Shown here piece after piece: positions 39,751 through 49,583 of a DNA stretch of 64,000 nt. The DNA is from Candidatus Omnitrophota bacterium (GTDB lineage: Bacteria; Omnitrophota; Gorgyraeia; Aquiviventales; Aquiviventaceae): contig JAHFGV010000009.1 in NCBI GenBank assembly GCA_023247255.1, positions 2,773 to 66,772 of the forward strand, read 5' to 3'. The first letter of the stretch is position 1. Each line of letters starts with the position of its first letter. A program made the position numbers and the translations under genes. The notes beneath the pieces are model-generated. The model saw only the letters and a program-made list of their open reading frames with translations. It did not search any database and was not told where the DNA came from.

Positions 39751-39911
39751 AAGTAAGTTGCGAGGATGTCGTTCGTAGATGCCTTCGACATTTTAAAATA
39801 AACGACGACTATGATGTCCAAAGACAGAGCAGTCTAGGTTTTTTATCTGTTCAGAGCCCGAGGTGTTTTTTTAACTTATTTTTTTGGTAACCTTTAACGA
39901 GGAGATTAGTA

Positions 39912-40625
39912 ATGCAAAAGGGAGCAGCAATCATTTTTTTAGCAGGAGGACTTATCCTGCTTGGTGCCGGTTCGGTTGGAGCAGTTCCTGTGATTGATGG
40001 GTTTCTCGGTGTTGGAGAATGGACCGGAGGAGTACTCAGTGGGAGTGATCCCAACGAACCTCTAATCCCGGACAGCTATGATCTTTCTGGGGTTGTTATG
40101 ATCAAAGAATTGGGAGGCTCTCCAGGAGACGACGGTTTGTACGTTCTCTTAACGACTTATGCCGTACCGTCACTGGTAGATGCAGATGTAGGGCCACCGC
40201 CAGCATCAGTCAATATCGCTACCGACTACGATGGAGATTCAGATTTTGCGGATGCAGGAGATTTGTTTACCGTACATACCCTATTCACCGGTTTTGACGT
40301 GTTTAGCCCAACCGCTGGCCTGTTGCTAGATGGGGTGGCTGGTGTTCATTACGCAATGGGTTCGGTGATCGAGTATTTTATCCCTTCTTCGGTCATTTCC
40401 AGTGTTGTACCTCTACCGAGTTCTTTTTCAGGATTTGCCATTTATGACAATGGAGGAGATGCTCCGGATGATCGTATGCCAATTAAGCTAGGGGGGGGTG
40501 GTCCGGGAGAAGAGCCTGTTATTCCGGAACCTGCTTCTTTATGGTTAATGAGTGGCGGGCTTGGTCTTCTGGCTTCCCAGTATCGAGGAAGGCGGTGGCA
40601 GCGGCCATGCTCGACTCAGTCCTAA
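39912..40625 (+). CDS. PEP-CTERM protein, paralog A
   Basis: Signal peptide; IPEPASLWLMSGGLGLLASQYRGRR. Confidence 0.9.
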   Translation: MQKGAAIIFLAGGLILLGAGSVGAVPVIDGFLGVGEWTGGVLSGSDPNEPLIPDSYDLSGVVMIKELGGSPGDDGLYVLLTTYAVPSLVDADVGPPPASVNIATDYDGDSDFADAGDLFTVHTLFTGFDVFSPTAGLLLDGVAGVHYAMGSVIEYFIPSSVISSVVPLPSSFSGFAIYDNGGDAPDDRMPIKLGGGGPGEEPVIPEPASLWLMSGGLGLLASQYRGRRWQRPCSTQS

Positions 40626-40887
40626 CTGTTTTTTACAGACACTTTGTTGTTTGAAAACAACACTTATCCCCTAATTTACTGGCTTTTGGAAGTTGTTCAG
40701 GCATCGGGGTGTTAGTTTTTTAAAGATCTAAGTATGTGGACAAAAATATCTTGATATATTTCTTCGCGTTTCTCGTCGAACGTTCCACTATTCACTGATC
40801 ACTGGCCACTGACTGAGTGATACCCATAGAGTTATGGTCATGAAGGACCAAGGAAGTATTAAAAATTTAGAGAGTTAGGAAATAAAT

Positions 40888-40903
40888 TGGCATGCTCTCT
40901 GCT
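40888..40903 (+). promoter_or_regulatory. sigma54 promoter
   Basis: TGGCATG-CTCT-CTGCT; palindrome TGTTG-N8-CAACA at 40645-40662. Confidence 0.7.
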
Positions 40904-41053
40904 TAGTAAAAGAAGTGTCATCGGTTTTATGGTTTTAAGTCTGTTTGTCGCATGATTGAAGTGTGAAGTGATTGAAGGCTCTGAAGGGTTGTGGCTGTGA
41001 GTCATTTCCCCACCGGTGAGCCAATCCTTAACCCAGGAATTTATTTAGATACG

Positions 41054-41755
41054 ATGAGTGTTCTTGTCGCTAAATTACTAACGGCCCATCAAGGACTGGT
41101 TGTTGAGCTTCAACGGTTCTGGTTGCTCTGGAGCTACCAGCATCCCGTGCCTCCTTTTACGTTGGCATGGCGATTGGTTCTGAAGCGCGCAGTGGATGTG
41201 ATTGCTTCTGCCTTAGGGCTTCTTTTTCTGATGCCGCTTTTGGCATGTATCGCCTTGGCGGTGAAGCTTACTTCCAAAGGACCGATCTTTTATAATCAAG
41301 AACGGGTGGGGCATTTTGGTGAGCGTTTTACCATGTATAAATTCCGTACGATGATAGTGGACGCTGAAGTCAATGGTCCGGTTTGGGCAGATCAGCAGAG
41401 AGATCCGCGCGTCACGCCACTGGGCAATTTTCTAAGACAGACCCACCTCGATGAGTTACCGCAGCTTTTGAATGTTTTGACGGGACAAATGAGTTTGGTA
41501 GGGCCACGGCCCGAGCGACCTTGCTTCGTAGAAAGATTGGATCGTCAGATTCCCCGCTACGATAGGCGTCTGTTGGTTAAGCCCGGTCTTACGGGATTGG
41601 CACAGGTTCATTATCGGTATGACCAGACCGTGGATGATGTCAAGCGTAAGTTGCGATTTGACCTGTTTTATATCAAGCGTATGTGTCTAATGCTTGACCT
41701 GCGCATCCTTGCGTGGACATTCTTGGTTGTGGTAACCGGGCGTGGAATTCGTTAG
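41054..41755 (+). CDS. Priming undecaprenyl-phosphate sugar transferase (WcaJ/WbaP C-terminal type)
   Basis: [34 protein letters not shown]; start uncertain. Confidence 0.92.
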   Translation: MSVLVAKLLTAHQGLVVELQRFWLLWSYQHPVPPFTLAWRLVLKRAVDVIASALGLLFLMPLLACIALAVKLTSKGPIFYNQERVGHFGERFTMYKFRTMIVDAEVNGPVWADQQRDPRVTPLGNFLRQTHLDELPQLLNVLTGQMSLVGPRPERPCFVERLDRQIPRYDRRLLVKPGLTGLAQVHYRYDQTVDDVKRKLRFDLFYIKRMCLMLDLRILAWTFLVVVTGRGIR

Positions 41756-41814
41756 GCGTGTTTGCCGTACGTATTACGTGTTACGCAGATACAGGAGAGA
41801 AGAGGAGGACGGCA

Positions 41815-42489
41815 ATGCGAAAAACAGCAGCAAGTATCGTTTTGGTAATTGGGCTTATGCTGTTTGGTACCGAGGCGGTTGGGGCGGTCCCAGCCATTGA
41901 TGGGTTATTGGGTGTGGGGGAATGGAGCGGAGCGATTCTCAGCGGGACCGATCCCAACGAAGCCTTGATTCCTAACAGTTATGACTTGTCAGGCATCGTC
42001 ATGATCCAAGAGATGGGGGGAGCTGCCGCAGATGACGGGTTGTACATTTTGATTACGACCTACGCAGCACCGAGTTTAGTCGATTCAGGTGTGGGTCCGC
42101 CTCCCGCATCTGTGAGCGTCATTACCGACTACAATGGAGACTTGGACTTTGCCGATGCAGGCGATATTTTCACGGTCCATACCCTAGCGAGCGGATTCGA
42201 TGTCTTCAGTCCAACGGCAGGGCTTCTTTTAGACGGTGTAGCCGGAACCCATTATGCTTTTGGTTCGGTCATTGAGTATTTCATTCCATCCTCGGTCATC
42301 GCTGGCATAGTGCCTCTACCCAGTAGTTTTGCGAGCTTTGCTGTCTACGACAATGGTGGCGATGCTCCGGATGACCGTATGCCGAATCTTGGATTCTTCA
42401 CGCCCGTTCCAGAACCTTCCAGCATGCTTTTGATGGGGCTTGGGCTATTGGGTGGTATTATCCAACGCCGAAGGGGGCTATTTTCTTGA
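41815..42489 (+). CDS. PEP-CTERM protein, paralog B
   Basis: GAGGAGG RBS; highly similar to 39912..40625; VPEPSSMLLMGLGLLGGIIQRRR. Confidence 0.9.
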   Translation: MRKTAASIVLVIGLMLFGTEAVGAVPAIDGLLGVGEWSGAILSGTDPNEALIPNSYDLSGIVMIQEMGGAAADDGLYILITTYAAPSLVDSGVGPPPASVSVITDYNGDLDFADAGDIFTVHTLASGFDVFSPTAGLLLDGVAGTHYAFGSVIEYFIPSSVIAGIVPLPSSFASFAVYDNGGDAPDDRMPNLGFFTPVPEPSSMLLMGLGLLGGIIQRRRGLFS

Positions 42490-42534
42490 GCGGTTGATCG
42501 ATTTTAAGTGAATTCACACCTTCTCTTCTTCTCC

Positions 42535-42569
42535 AGCAGGCAGCTTTGTAAAGGCTGCCTGCTTTTTTT
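42535..42569 (+). terminator. Rho-independent terminator
   Basis: AGCAGGCAGC / GCTGCCTGCT stem followed by a T run. Confidence 0.85.
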
Positions 42570-42682
42570 AATAAACGTTATGTTGAAATAAATCATCATA
42601 GTGTAAGCACGTGATCTCTCGCTTTCGTGATCGTTCTTCACTCATAGAAAGTTTGGAATAGCTATTTATATAAGCCCTAATA

Positions 42683-42753
42683 TATCAAAGAGTTACGTGT
42701 CTGTTTTTGTAAACAGATGTCGTAAAAAATCTCAGTTTGGTACAAAAACTGCT
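42683..42753 (+). promoter_or_regulatory. IHF site plus sigma54 promoter
   Basis: TATCAAAGAGTTA (42683-42695) fits WATCAANNNNTTR; TGGTACA-AAAA-CTGCT at 42738-42753. Confidence 0.7.
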
Positions 42754-42818
42754 CAATATCAACTTAGATATGTGAGGGAGTAGTGGTCAGTGACCAACGA
42801 CAGCCGGTGAGAGGAAAA

Positions 42819-43252
42819 ATGGGAAAGCTTAGATTCCTTCTTGTGCTATTCGTCATAGGAAGTGGGTTCCTTTTCACGAGTGGTTGTCAGGACTAGTAAA
42901 TAGCCTTATTTCGAGCCTGGTTGATAATTTTATTTCGAGCCTATTCGGTAGTGGAGCAGATTCTGATTCAGAGGCGTGGGCTATCTTTAATTCTGAAAGT
43001 GCCATTTCTGAAGAAGCTGAGCTTTTGCTTGAAGCGAGTTCAACGGATGGAGAGAATAGTAGTGGAGAGAGTAGTAGTTTTTCTGGAATAGAATTGTCAA
43101 ACAGCGCCGTTCCTGTGGCTACTCTTCACAATCCTGAGCCTGCTAGCCTTGCGTTATTTGGAGGAGGGCTGGTCGGTCTGATCTCTTTGAATCGGAAAAG
43201 AATCTCTAGGCGTAAGTCAACGTCTTCATCGACCTCACCGGAAGGAAGTTAG
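42819..43252 (+). pseudogene. Frameshifted lipoprotein with PEP-CTERM tail
   Basis: ATG 42819 MGKLRFLLVLFVIGSGFLFTSGC, then 1 nt missing; ORF 42884..43252 ends HNPEPASLALFGGGLVGLISLNRKR. Confidence 0.7.
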
Positions 43253-43260
43253 CGCGCCTC

Positions 43261-44193
43261 GTGAAAGGATCCCAACACATGCGTCAGTCTATCCTAGCGA
43301 CAGCGCTCATAAAGGCGATTCGTGAAACCACTCGTCTTTTTAGTTCCCATCGCAAGCTCTGGCTCCCATTTTTAGTCACTGCTTGCGTGGAAGCCTGTTT
43401 GTTGGGAATGATCTGGTTAGCGCCCCACCCGCCCTTTTCAAAACTTTTTGCTCCACCCATCCGTTACTTCTTCGGTGACCGCATGCTTCACTATCCTTGG
43501 CACCTTTGGTTTCTGTATTACGCAATGAAGCACACCCAGGTAATGGCATCGATTACGGTAGGGGCATTCATGACGGGTGTAGCTTGCGCCCTGGTGCGTC
43601 AATGGCATCAGGGCGGCATACTTTCCATTCGGGACGTGCTGGTTCATCGAGAGGTACGCTATGTGAGGGTATGTATCCTATGGGCCGTTATCTGGGGAAT
43701 GGCTAGAGTAGCCGGTGTAGTCGTTGCGCGTTTTATCCCTGATCCCATAGGCCGATTCTGGGTAGGGCTTGGCTTGATTCTGTTGCTACAAAGCGCGCTC
43801 ATCTACGCAATCCCAGTGGTGATTTTTCATCGATGCTCATGGCTAAAGGCTATGGGGTACAGCGTGAAAGAGACGCTCCGTCATCCTGTGAGCACGATCT
43901 TGGTGGTGGTGCTTCCGAGCACGTTGCTAGTTTTGTTTGCCATCGTCGTCAGCCCTGGGCGTGCGACTCAATGGATGGTTCAAATATCTCCCGAATTCAT
44001 GCTGGTGTGTATGCTCGGTCGTTTAATCCTGTGGACTGTTGTCGACGCTGTAGTGACAGTTTCCGTGTGTCATCTGTGGTGGTTCCATCGCGGTCCATCC
44101 TTGGAACCGGTTGCCTGTTCTCATGCGAAGTCCCTGTCAAGCGCTGTTGCCGCCTCATCGGGTGATCTCAAAGAGAATGCTGTGGTTGCGTGA
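43261..44193 (+). CDS. Hypothetical integral membrane protein
   Basis: 310 aa with several hydrophobic segments. Confidence 0.7.
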   Translation: MKGSQHMRQSILATALIKAIRETTRLFSSHRKLWLPFLVTACVEACLLGMIWLAPHPPFSKLFAPPIRYFFGDRMLHYPWHLWFLYYAMKHTQVMASITVGAFMTGVACALVRQWHQGGILSIRDVLVHREVRYVRVCILWAVIWGMARVAGVVVARFIPDPIGRFWVGLGLILLLQSALIYAIPVVIFHRCSWLKAMGYSVKETLRHPVSTILVVVLPSTLLVLFAIVVSPGRATQWMVQISPEFMLVCMLGRLILWTVVDAVVTVSVCHLWWFHRGPSLEPVACSHAKSLSSAVAASSGDLKENAVVA

Positions 44194-45214
44194 ACTCGTA
44201 AGAACTACTTGCGCGTTAGCCAGTTTGCGAACTGAGCGTTTTCCACTTACCAACCCGCAAACCCGCAAACTCACAAACCTGCCAACTCGCAAACCCGCCA
44301 ACCCACTCACTTACTTCGCCCTTCTATGTATCCCATTGCTTATCTCAGGATGCAGCTCATCCTACCAAGGGGAACGGTTATTCTGGCATGCCCAGCGTCT
44401 GGCTATTCCCATTCTCAAGAATCCGACTGACGTGACTGCGGGTCAGCTTTCCAAAGCCGTGGCAGCGTTTCAGAAAGTGGTGAAACACACGCCGGATACG
44501 ATTTGGGCTGCTCGGGCGCATGCCGCGATAGGATCTCTTTATGTGACTCAACGCGAGTTTGACAAAGCGCGGGAAGCCTATTTCTTAGTTCTCGAGAATT
44601 ATCACCAGCACCGAGCGCTGGTTCTGGCGTGTCGTGTGTCTATTGCCAAGACCTATGAAATGGAGAAAGACTGGGAAAAAGCCGTCAAGGTATATGAGGA
44701 AATTCCTGACCAACACCCTTGGACCCAAATGGGTTTAGAAACGCCGCTTTATATCGCCAAGACCTATGCCGAGCGCAAGGAATCGGATAAGGCCACCCGG
44801 GCTTATGAGCGCGCCATCCGCCGATACCTAAGACTGATCCCGACAGCTCCCAGTCGTCAAAAGGAGTTGCAAGTAAAAGGGTACCTGGCGAGCGCCTATC
44901 TAAATGTGGGCGAAGGGCAACAGGCTATTGATCTTTTCGAGGAACTTCTGGCAGACGGAAAGAATATTTCTGTGAATCGTCCTGTTATCCTGCTGATGAT
45001 GGGCAGGATTTACGAGATTAAGTTACATAACCGCGAAAAGGCGAATCAAGCTTATGCCACACTGATCGCTGAGTTTCCAGATCATGCATTAGCCGCGGTA
45101 GCCAAACGTCAACTGGAGCAAAACGGTTATTCTTCCGAACAACCTGCTTCTGTTACCGGCTTGGGTCCTATGGTTCCTCAAGTTCCGCAGCCAGGGGCGT
45201 CTGCAGCACCCTGA
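44177..45214 (+). CDS. TPR-repeat lipoprotein
   Basis: Lipobox LISGC, TPR-like helices; octamer array in frame in the leader. Confidence 0.8.
   Translation: MLWLRELVRTTCALASLRTERFPLTNPQTRKLTNLPTRKPANPLTYFALLCIPLLISGCSSSYQGERLFWHAQRLAIPILKNPTDVTAGQLSKAVAAFQKVVKHTPDTIWAARAHAAIGSLYVTQREFDKAREAYFLVLENYHQHRALVLACRVSIAKTYEMEKDWEKAVKVYEEIPDQHPWTQMGLETPLYIAKTYAERKESDKATRAYERAIRRYLRLIPTAPSRQKELQVKGYLASAYLNVGEGQQAIDLFEELLADGKNISVNRPVILLMMGRIYEIKLHNREKANQAYATLIAEFPDHALAAVAKRQLEQNGYSSEQPASVTGLGPMVPQVPQPGASAAP
44209..44314. repeat. Inverted octamer array inside the TPR gene 5' end
   Basis: GTTAGCCA GTTTGCGA ... (AACCCGCA)-like units. Confidence 0.8.
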
Positions 45215-45277
45215 CACTGAGGGGGTCGTTTATCCATAATTTCTAATCTAGCGGTTCATTGACTTCTACTGAGGAAA

Positions 45278-46135
45278 ATGCTCCGATTCTCTATGCGTTC
45301 CTGTTTGTTAGGTGTTTTCTTTTCGTCAGCCTTGTTGCTCTTATTCTGGCCTACTTTGGTCTGGATGGCCCAGCGGTTTGAAGCGCACGATTCTTTTTAT
45401 TCTCATGGTTGGTTGATTCCTGTGGCCAGTGGTTGGTTGATCTGGCGCAGCCGTGTTGCTCTGGCAGCGACGAAGCGTCAGGGCAGTCTCTGGGGACTGC
45501 TGTTGTTAGTTCCATCGGTGGCGGTTCATGTGATAGCCACTTGGTGGGATCTTCACTTTGTTTCAGGATTTACGATGATGGCGGCTGTCTGGGCAACGGT
45601 GTGGACGCTCTGGGGATTCCAGACGTTGTGGGTGTTACGCGTGGGTTTGTTGTTCTTGCTCTTCATGGTCCCGCTGCCTAGTATTTTGCTTATTTCCATC
45701 AGCTTCAAGTTGAAGCTGATCGCTGCGATGCTGGCTACGAACCTGCTGACGTTGCTAGGAATGCCCGCGCATCAGGCAGGATCCACGATTCACGTGCCGG
45801 GAGCGTCAGTGATAGTCGATGATGCCTGCAGTGGTCTGCGTTCTCTCATCAGCCTGGTGGCGTTGACTAGTTTGTGGACTTGTCTGGTTGGGCCTTCCTT
45901 TAAACGGTGGCACAAGGCAGTACTTTTGGCATCGTCCATCCCGATTGCCCTGGCGGCCAACATGACGCGCATTCTGGTGTTAGTGTTTCTCACTGCCATC
46001 TATGGTCCCAAGATCGCGGAGGGATTCATTCATTATGGCTCTGGGCTGGTGGTGTTCGGTCTTGCCTTGTTGGCTTTGGTATGGCTCAGTCAGTGTATGA
46101 TCAAACCGGAACCTGCCTCCGGCATGTTGTCTTAA
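45278..46135 (+). CDS. Exosortase
   Basis: YSHGWLIP, LLFMVPLP, VDDACSGLRS, NMTRI, FIH (Cys/Arg/His triad). Confidence 0.93.
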   Translation: MLRFSMRSCLLGVFFSSALLLLFWPTLVWMAQRFEAHDSFYSHGWLIPVASGWLIWRSRVALAATKRQGSLWGLLLLVPSVAVHVIATWWDLHFVSGFTMMAAVWATVWTLWGFQTLWVLRVGLLFLLFMVPLPSILLISISFKLKLIAAMLATNLLTLLGMPAHQAGSTIHVPGASVIVDDACSGLRSLISLVALTSLWTCLVGPSFKRWHKAVLLASSIPIALAANMTRILVLVFLTAIYGPKIAEGFIHYGSGLVVFGLALLALVWLSQCMIKPEPASGMLS

Positions 46136-46149
46136 GAATCGCTGTCCCG

Positions 46150-46839
46150 ATGACTCCACGCTGCGCGCGTCATACCTCAGATGCCAAAGATTCCAAACAC
46201 CGGCACCCGGTTTATGCCGTCGAGCCGGCCTTGGCGGCTTTAGGGGTGGTGGTTTTGGCTTCGTGGGTGTTGTGGGCGGGACAGACACCGGCCAGAGGGA
46301 CTTTTCATCCGTTTTCTGTTCCTCAGACCCTAGGCCTGTGGACGGGCAAGTCTCTTGCCGTAGATCAGCGCACCTTAGATATTCTTGAGACGGATGATGT
46401 GACGTTAATGGAGTACCAGATGGGCCAGGAGCCGCCGGTTTGGTTCGCTCAGGTAGCTGGATTTGGACATCGAGCCGCGTTTCATCCACCCGAGTTGTGC
46501 TATGTGGGCAGTCATTTTGAGGTGTTGGAGCGACAGCCTGTATCGGTGATAGTCAATGGGAAGCCCCAACGCCTGATGCGGCTTTTGATCGGGCAGGGAA
46601 AAGATCGCTTTGAAGCGTGGTACTGGTTTTCAGTCAACGGCAGGGTGACCCCGAACTACTATCAACAACAGCTTTGGCTGGTTGGGCAGAACATCCGTCG
46701 TCAGACAGCTTCAGGAACCTTGGTTAGGATTTCCACTCCATTCACGGATGCAAGGAGTACTCACCGACGGCTATTGGCGTTTGTCAGTTCTTATGAAAAG
46801 TATGCCGGTCAGCCCTTCACAGCAACCGATGCTTCGTAG
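46150..46839 (+). CDS. epsI: EpsI-family exosortase-associated protein
   Basis: GLWTG, FHPPELCYVGS, WYWF, GTLVRIST. Confidence 0.82.
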   Translation: MTPRCARHTSDAKDSKHRHPVYAVEPALAALGVVVLASWVLWAGQTPARGTFHPFSVPQTLGLWTGKSLAVDQRTLDILETDDVTLMEYQMGQEPPVWFAQVAGFGHRAAFHPPELCYVGSHFEVLERQPVSVIVNGKPQRLMRLLIGQGKDRFEAWYWFSVNGRVTPNYYQQQLWLVGQNIRRQTASGTLVRISTPFTDARSTHRRLLAFVSSYEKYAGQPFTATDAS

Positions 46840-46973
46840 CCGAGACATCCCGCCCACCCGTTCGCTGAAGCAAACCAACTGGGCGGATGGCCGAAGGCCG
46901 TTGGCCTATGACAGGACAGTTTCTCCCATCTCCCATTCTCCCCCAGTCATTTCCCATCATCGCATAAAGCTTC

Positions 46974-47002
46974 TTGACTCCCGGAAGGACTCGTGGTATT
47001 CT
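46974..47002 (+). promoter_or_regulatory. sigma70-type promoter
   Basis: TTGACT-17 nt-TATTCT with extended TG. Confidence 0.55.
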
Positions 47003-47050
47003 CATCCTCTTGTGCTTTCTTGCCAACAGGACAGCTTAACCACTCCTTGG

Positions 47051-48127
47051 ATGGAAGACACGTTCCAAACAGTTGAATCCTGGCAACAGTTGTGCATGGT
47101 GGCTCCTTGCGGGCTGATTCTTGTGGATAGCCAGGGGATCATCCGTTTCATGAATCCTGCGGCGGCCACGCTTTTGGGTTTGGATTCCAGTACTGTTCTC
47201 GGACATGTGCTTCTGGATGCGTTAACAGGCTGGAAAGACACGATTTTTGCCTCAACGCTTGCTAGCCTCTTTGCCAGTTCCTCGGAGGCCATAGATTTCA
47301 CTGTTTTTGGTGTAGACCAGCAGCCTTTACGTCTTTCGGTAGCCTGCGTTCCCAACGGGACGACAAAGCCACGCGGCTTGCTTTTGACCATCACCGAGCA
47401 GGGAGATACCGACAGCCTGAAGCGACGGCTCCACCGTGCGGAATACCAAGCCTCTATCGGAAAATTGGCCAGAGGCATCGCCCATGAGTTGAACAGTCCT
47501 TTGGATGGCGTATTGCGGTATACCCACTTGGCTTTGGAACAGCTTACGGAGGATTCCTCAATTCGTGAATACCTGGTTCACGTCAAGCAAGGCCTGGATC
47601 GGATGGTCCGAGCCGTACGGACTTTCTTGGAATTCTCCCGACAGGTCACCACTCCTGCCCATCGAGTGGCTGATCTGAATCGATTGATTGAAGACGCCCT
47701 GATATTGCTCCAGCCCCGTGCCCGCTTTCAGCATGTCCAGATCGTGAAACATTTCGATCCCTCCCTGCCTGCTGTGTTGGATAGCGGGATTCAACATGTC
47801 GTTCTCAACCTCGTGAAGAATGCGTTCGATGCGATGCCGCGCGGAGGTCTCCTGACGATTACCACACGCCTGAATGGAGACTCGATCTATGTGGAGGTGG
47901 AGGATACCGGAATGGGTATTCCTGAATCGATTCACCCGCGCATTTTCGAGCCTTTCTTCTCCACCAAGCCGATTCACCAAGGCAGTGGTTTGGGGTTGGT
48001 CATTGCGAAGGAAGTGGTGGAACGCTCAGGCGGCACGATCGAGTTTACCAGTCATGCCGGAGTGGGAAGTCGGTTCTGCGTTCGTCTTCCGATTGCTCAA
48101 CAGCAGCCAGGAGAAAATGGCGCGTAA
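47051..48127 (+). CDS. PAS-domain sensor histidine kinase
   Basis: PAS (MNPAAATLLG), AHELNSPL, NLVKNA, DTGMGI, GSGLGL. Confidence 0.9.
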   Translation: MEDTFQTVESWQQLCMVAPCGLILVDSQGIIRFMNPAAATLLGLDSSTVLGHVLLDALTGWKDTIFASTLASLFASSSEAIDFTVFGVDQQPLRLSVACVPNGTTKPRGLLLTITEQGDTDSLKRRLHRAEYQASIGKLARGIAHELNSPLDGVLRYTHLALEQLTEDSSIREYLVHVKQGLDRMVRAVRTFLEFSRQVTTPAHRVADLNRLIEDALILLQPRARFQHVQIVKHFDPSLPAVLDSGIQHVVLNLVKNAFDAMPRGGLLTITTRLNGDSIYVEVEDTGMGIPESIHPRIFEPFFSTKPIHQGSGLGLVIAKEVVERSGGTIEFTSHAGVGSRFCVRLPIAQQQPGENGA

Positions 48128-49520
48128 CCGTATTCTAGTGGTTGACGACGATCCTTTGATTCGCGGATCGTTATATGAGTACCTGCGTGGCCAGCGCTAC
48201 GAAGTGGAGATGGCCGCGGATGGTCTTGAGGCAATCAATCAGATGACACGGCATGCATTCGATTTGGTCATTACTGACTGGAAGATGACTCAAGTGGATG
48301 GGCTCCATTTGTTAAACCATATCAAGGACAATCATGGCCACGTCAACGTGGTTATTCTCACCGGTTTTGGCACCATCGGTTCTGCGGTCGAAGCTATTCG
48401 TCATGGGGCTTTTGACTATCTAACCAAACCCATTCAGCCGGGTGAGTTGCAAACTACCGTCGAGCGGGCCCTCAGCCGCCAGGATGCGTTCGGCATGAGC
48501 TTAACGGGCGATCCCTTTGAAGGGGTCATCGGTGATGATGTTAAAATACAGCAGGTGTTTGCCATGGTCAGGGCCGTAGCCAGCACTCCCTCAACGGTGT
48601 TGCTTGAAGGAGAAAGCGGAACCGGCAAACGCGTCATTGCACAGGCGATCCATCGCTCCGATGGTCATCGGGCCCAGCAGCCATTCATCGAGATTAGTTG
48701 CGGGGCTTTGTCCGATACCCTGTTGGAAAGCGAGCTCTTCGGCCATGTGAAAGGGGCTTTTACAGGGGCGATTCGTGATAAACAAGGACGTTTTGAAATC
48801 GCCCATGGCGGCACTCTATTGCTCGATGAGGTCGATACCATTCCCGGTGCCCTTCAGGTAAAGCTGCTGCGCATCATTCAAGACCGGCGTTTTGAGCGTG
48901 TGGGCGATTCCAAGACGATGCAAGTGGATGTGCGCATCATCGCGGCCAGTAACCGCCGCCTGATTGATTGTGTCCGGCAAGGTAAGTTCCGTGAAGACCT
49001 GTATTATCGTCTGAATGTTTTTGCCATTTGCCTGCCACCGCTGCGCGAACGCGGCAGGGATATCCAGCCTCTGGCACAGCATTTCATCAGTCGTTACGCG
49101 ACTCGGATGGGCAAAGCGGTTGAAGGCTTGACGGATGAAGCCTTGGGGTTGCTCAATCGCTATCCGTGGCCAGGCAACGTGCGGGAATTGGAAAACGTCA
49201 TTGAACGTGCGGTGATTTTGGCTCGACATTCCAAGTTACAACCGGCAGATTTGCCAGACGAATTGCGCCATTTTTCAAAAGAGACGGTCAGTGTATCCCG
49301 TGTAGGTCCTACGCCAGATACTGCCGAGGAGACTTTGGATGATTCCTCTGCTCGTCGGACATTGCGGGATGCTTTAAAACCCTCGGAACGCGACCTCATC
49401 ACTCAAGTGTTGGCTGAGGTGCGTTGGAACCGATCCGAGGCAGCTAAACGCCTAGGGATTCATCGGTCGACACTCTACCACAAAATACGACAACTCGGGA
49501 TTGTAGGTTCGCTACATTGA
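48117..49520 (+). CDS. sigma54-dependent NtrC-family response regulator
   Basis: Receiver VVDDD, GESGTGK, GAFTGA, WPGNVREL, Fis-type HTH. Confidence 0.95.
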   Translation: MARNRILVVDDDPLIRGSLYEYLRGQRYEVEMAADGLEAINQMTRHAFDLVITDWKMTQVDGLHLLNHIKDNHGHVNVVILTGFGTIGSAVEAIRHGAFDYLTKPIQPGELQTTVERALSRQDAFGMSLTGDPFEGVIGDDVKIQQVFAMVRAVASTPSTVLLEGESGTGKRVIAQAIHRSDGHRAQQPFIEISCGALSDTLLESELFGHVKGAFTGAIRDKQGRFEIAHGGTLLLDEVDTIPGALQVKLLRIIQDRRFERVGDSKTMQVDVRIIAASNRRLIDCVRQGKFREDLYYRLNVFAICLPPLRERGRDIQPLAQHFISRYATRMGKAVEGLTDEALGLLNRYPWPGNVRELENVIERAVILARHSKLQPADLPDELRHFSKETVSVSRVGPTPDTAEETLDDSSARRTLRDALKPSERDLITQVLAEVRWNRSEAAKRLGIHRSTLYHKIRQLGIVGSLH

Positions 49521-49583
49521 CTCGGTCAGCGGTTGTATCATTGACTTCATTACCTATCGTTTTTTCATTGATTATCCGAGTCG

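Noticed and set aside
39912-42489. PEP-CTERM paralogs as a DGR template/variable pair or assembly duplicate
   Set aside because: Differences are spread over all bases and largely synonymous, as in an ordinary older duplication
4631-44314. CRISPR array interpretation of the repeats
   Set aside because: Units are 7-8 nt and tandem, with no unique spacers and no cas genes
46682-47050. Long N-terminal extension of the histidine kinase
   Set aside because: Overlaps epsI and runs through a heptamer hairpin (46885-46960); a sigma70-like promoter at 46974-47002 favours the start at 47051
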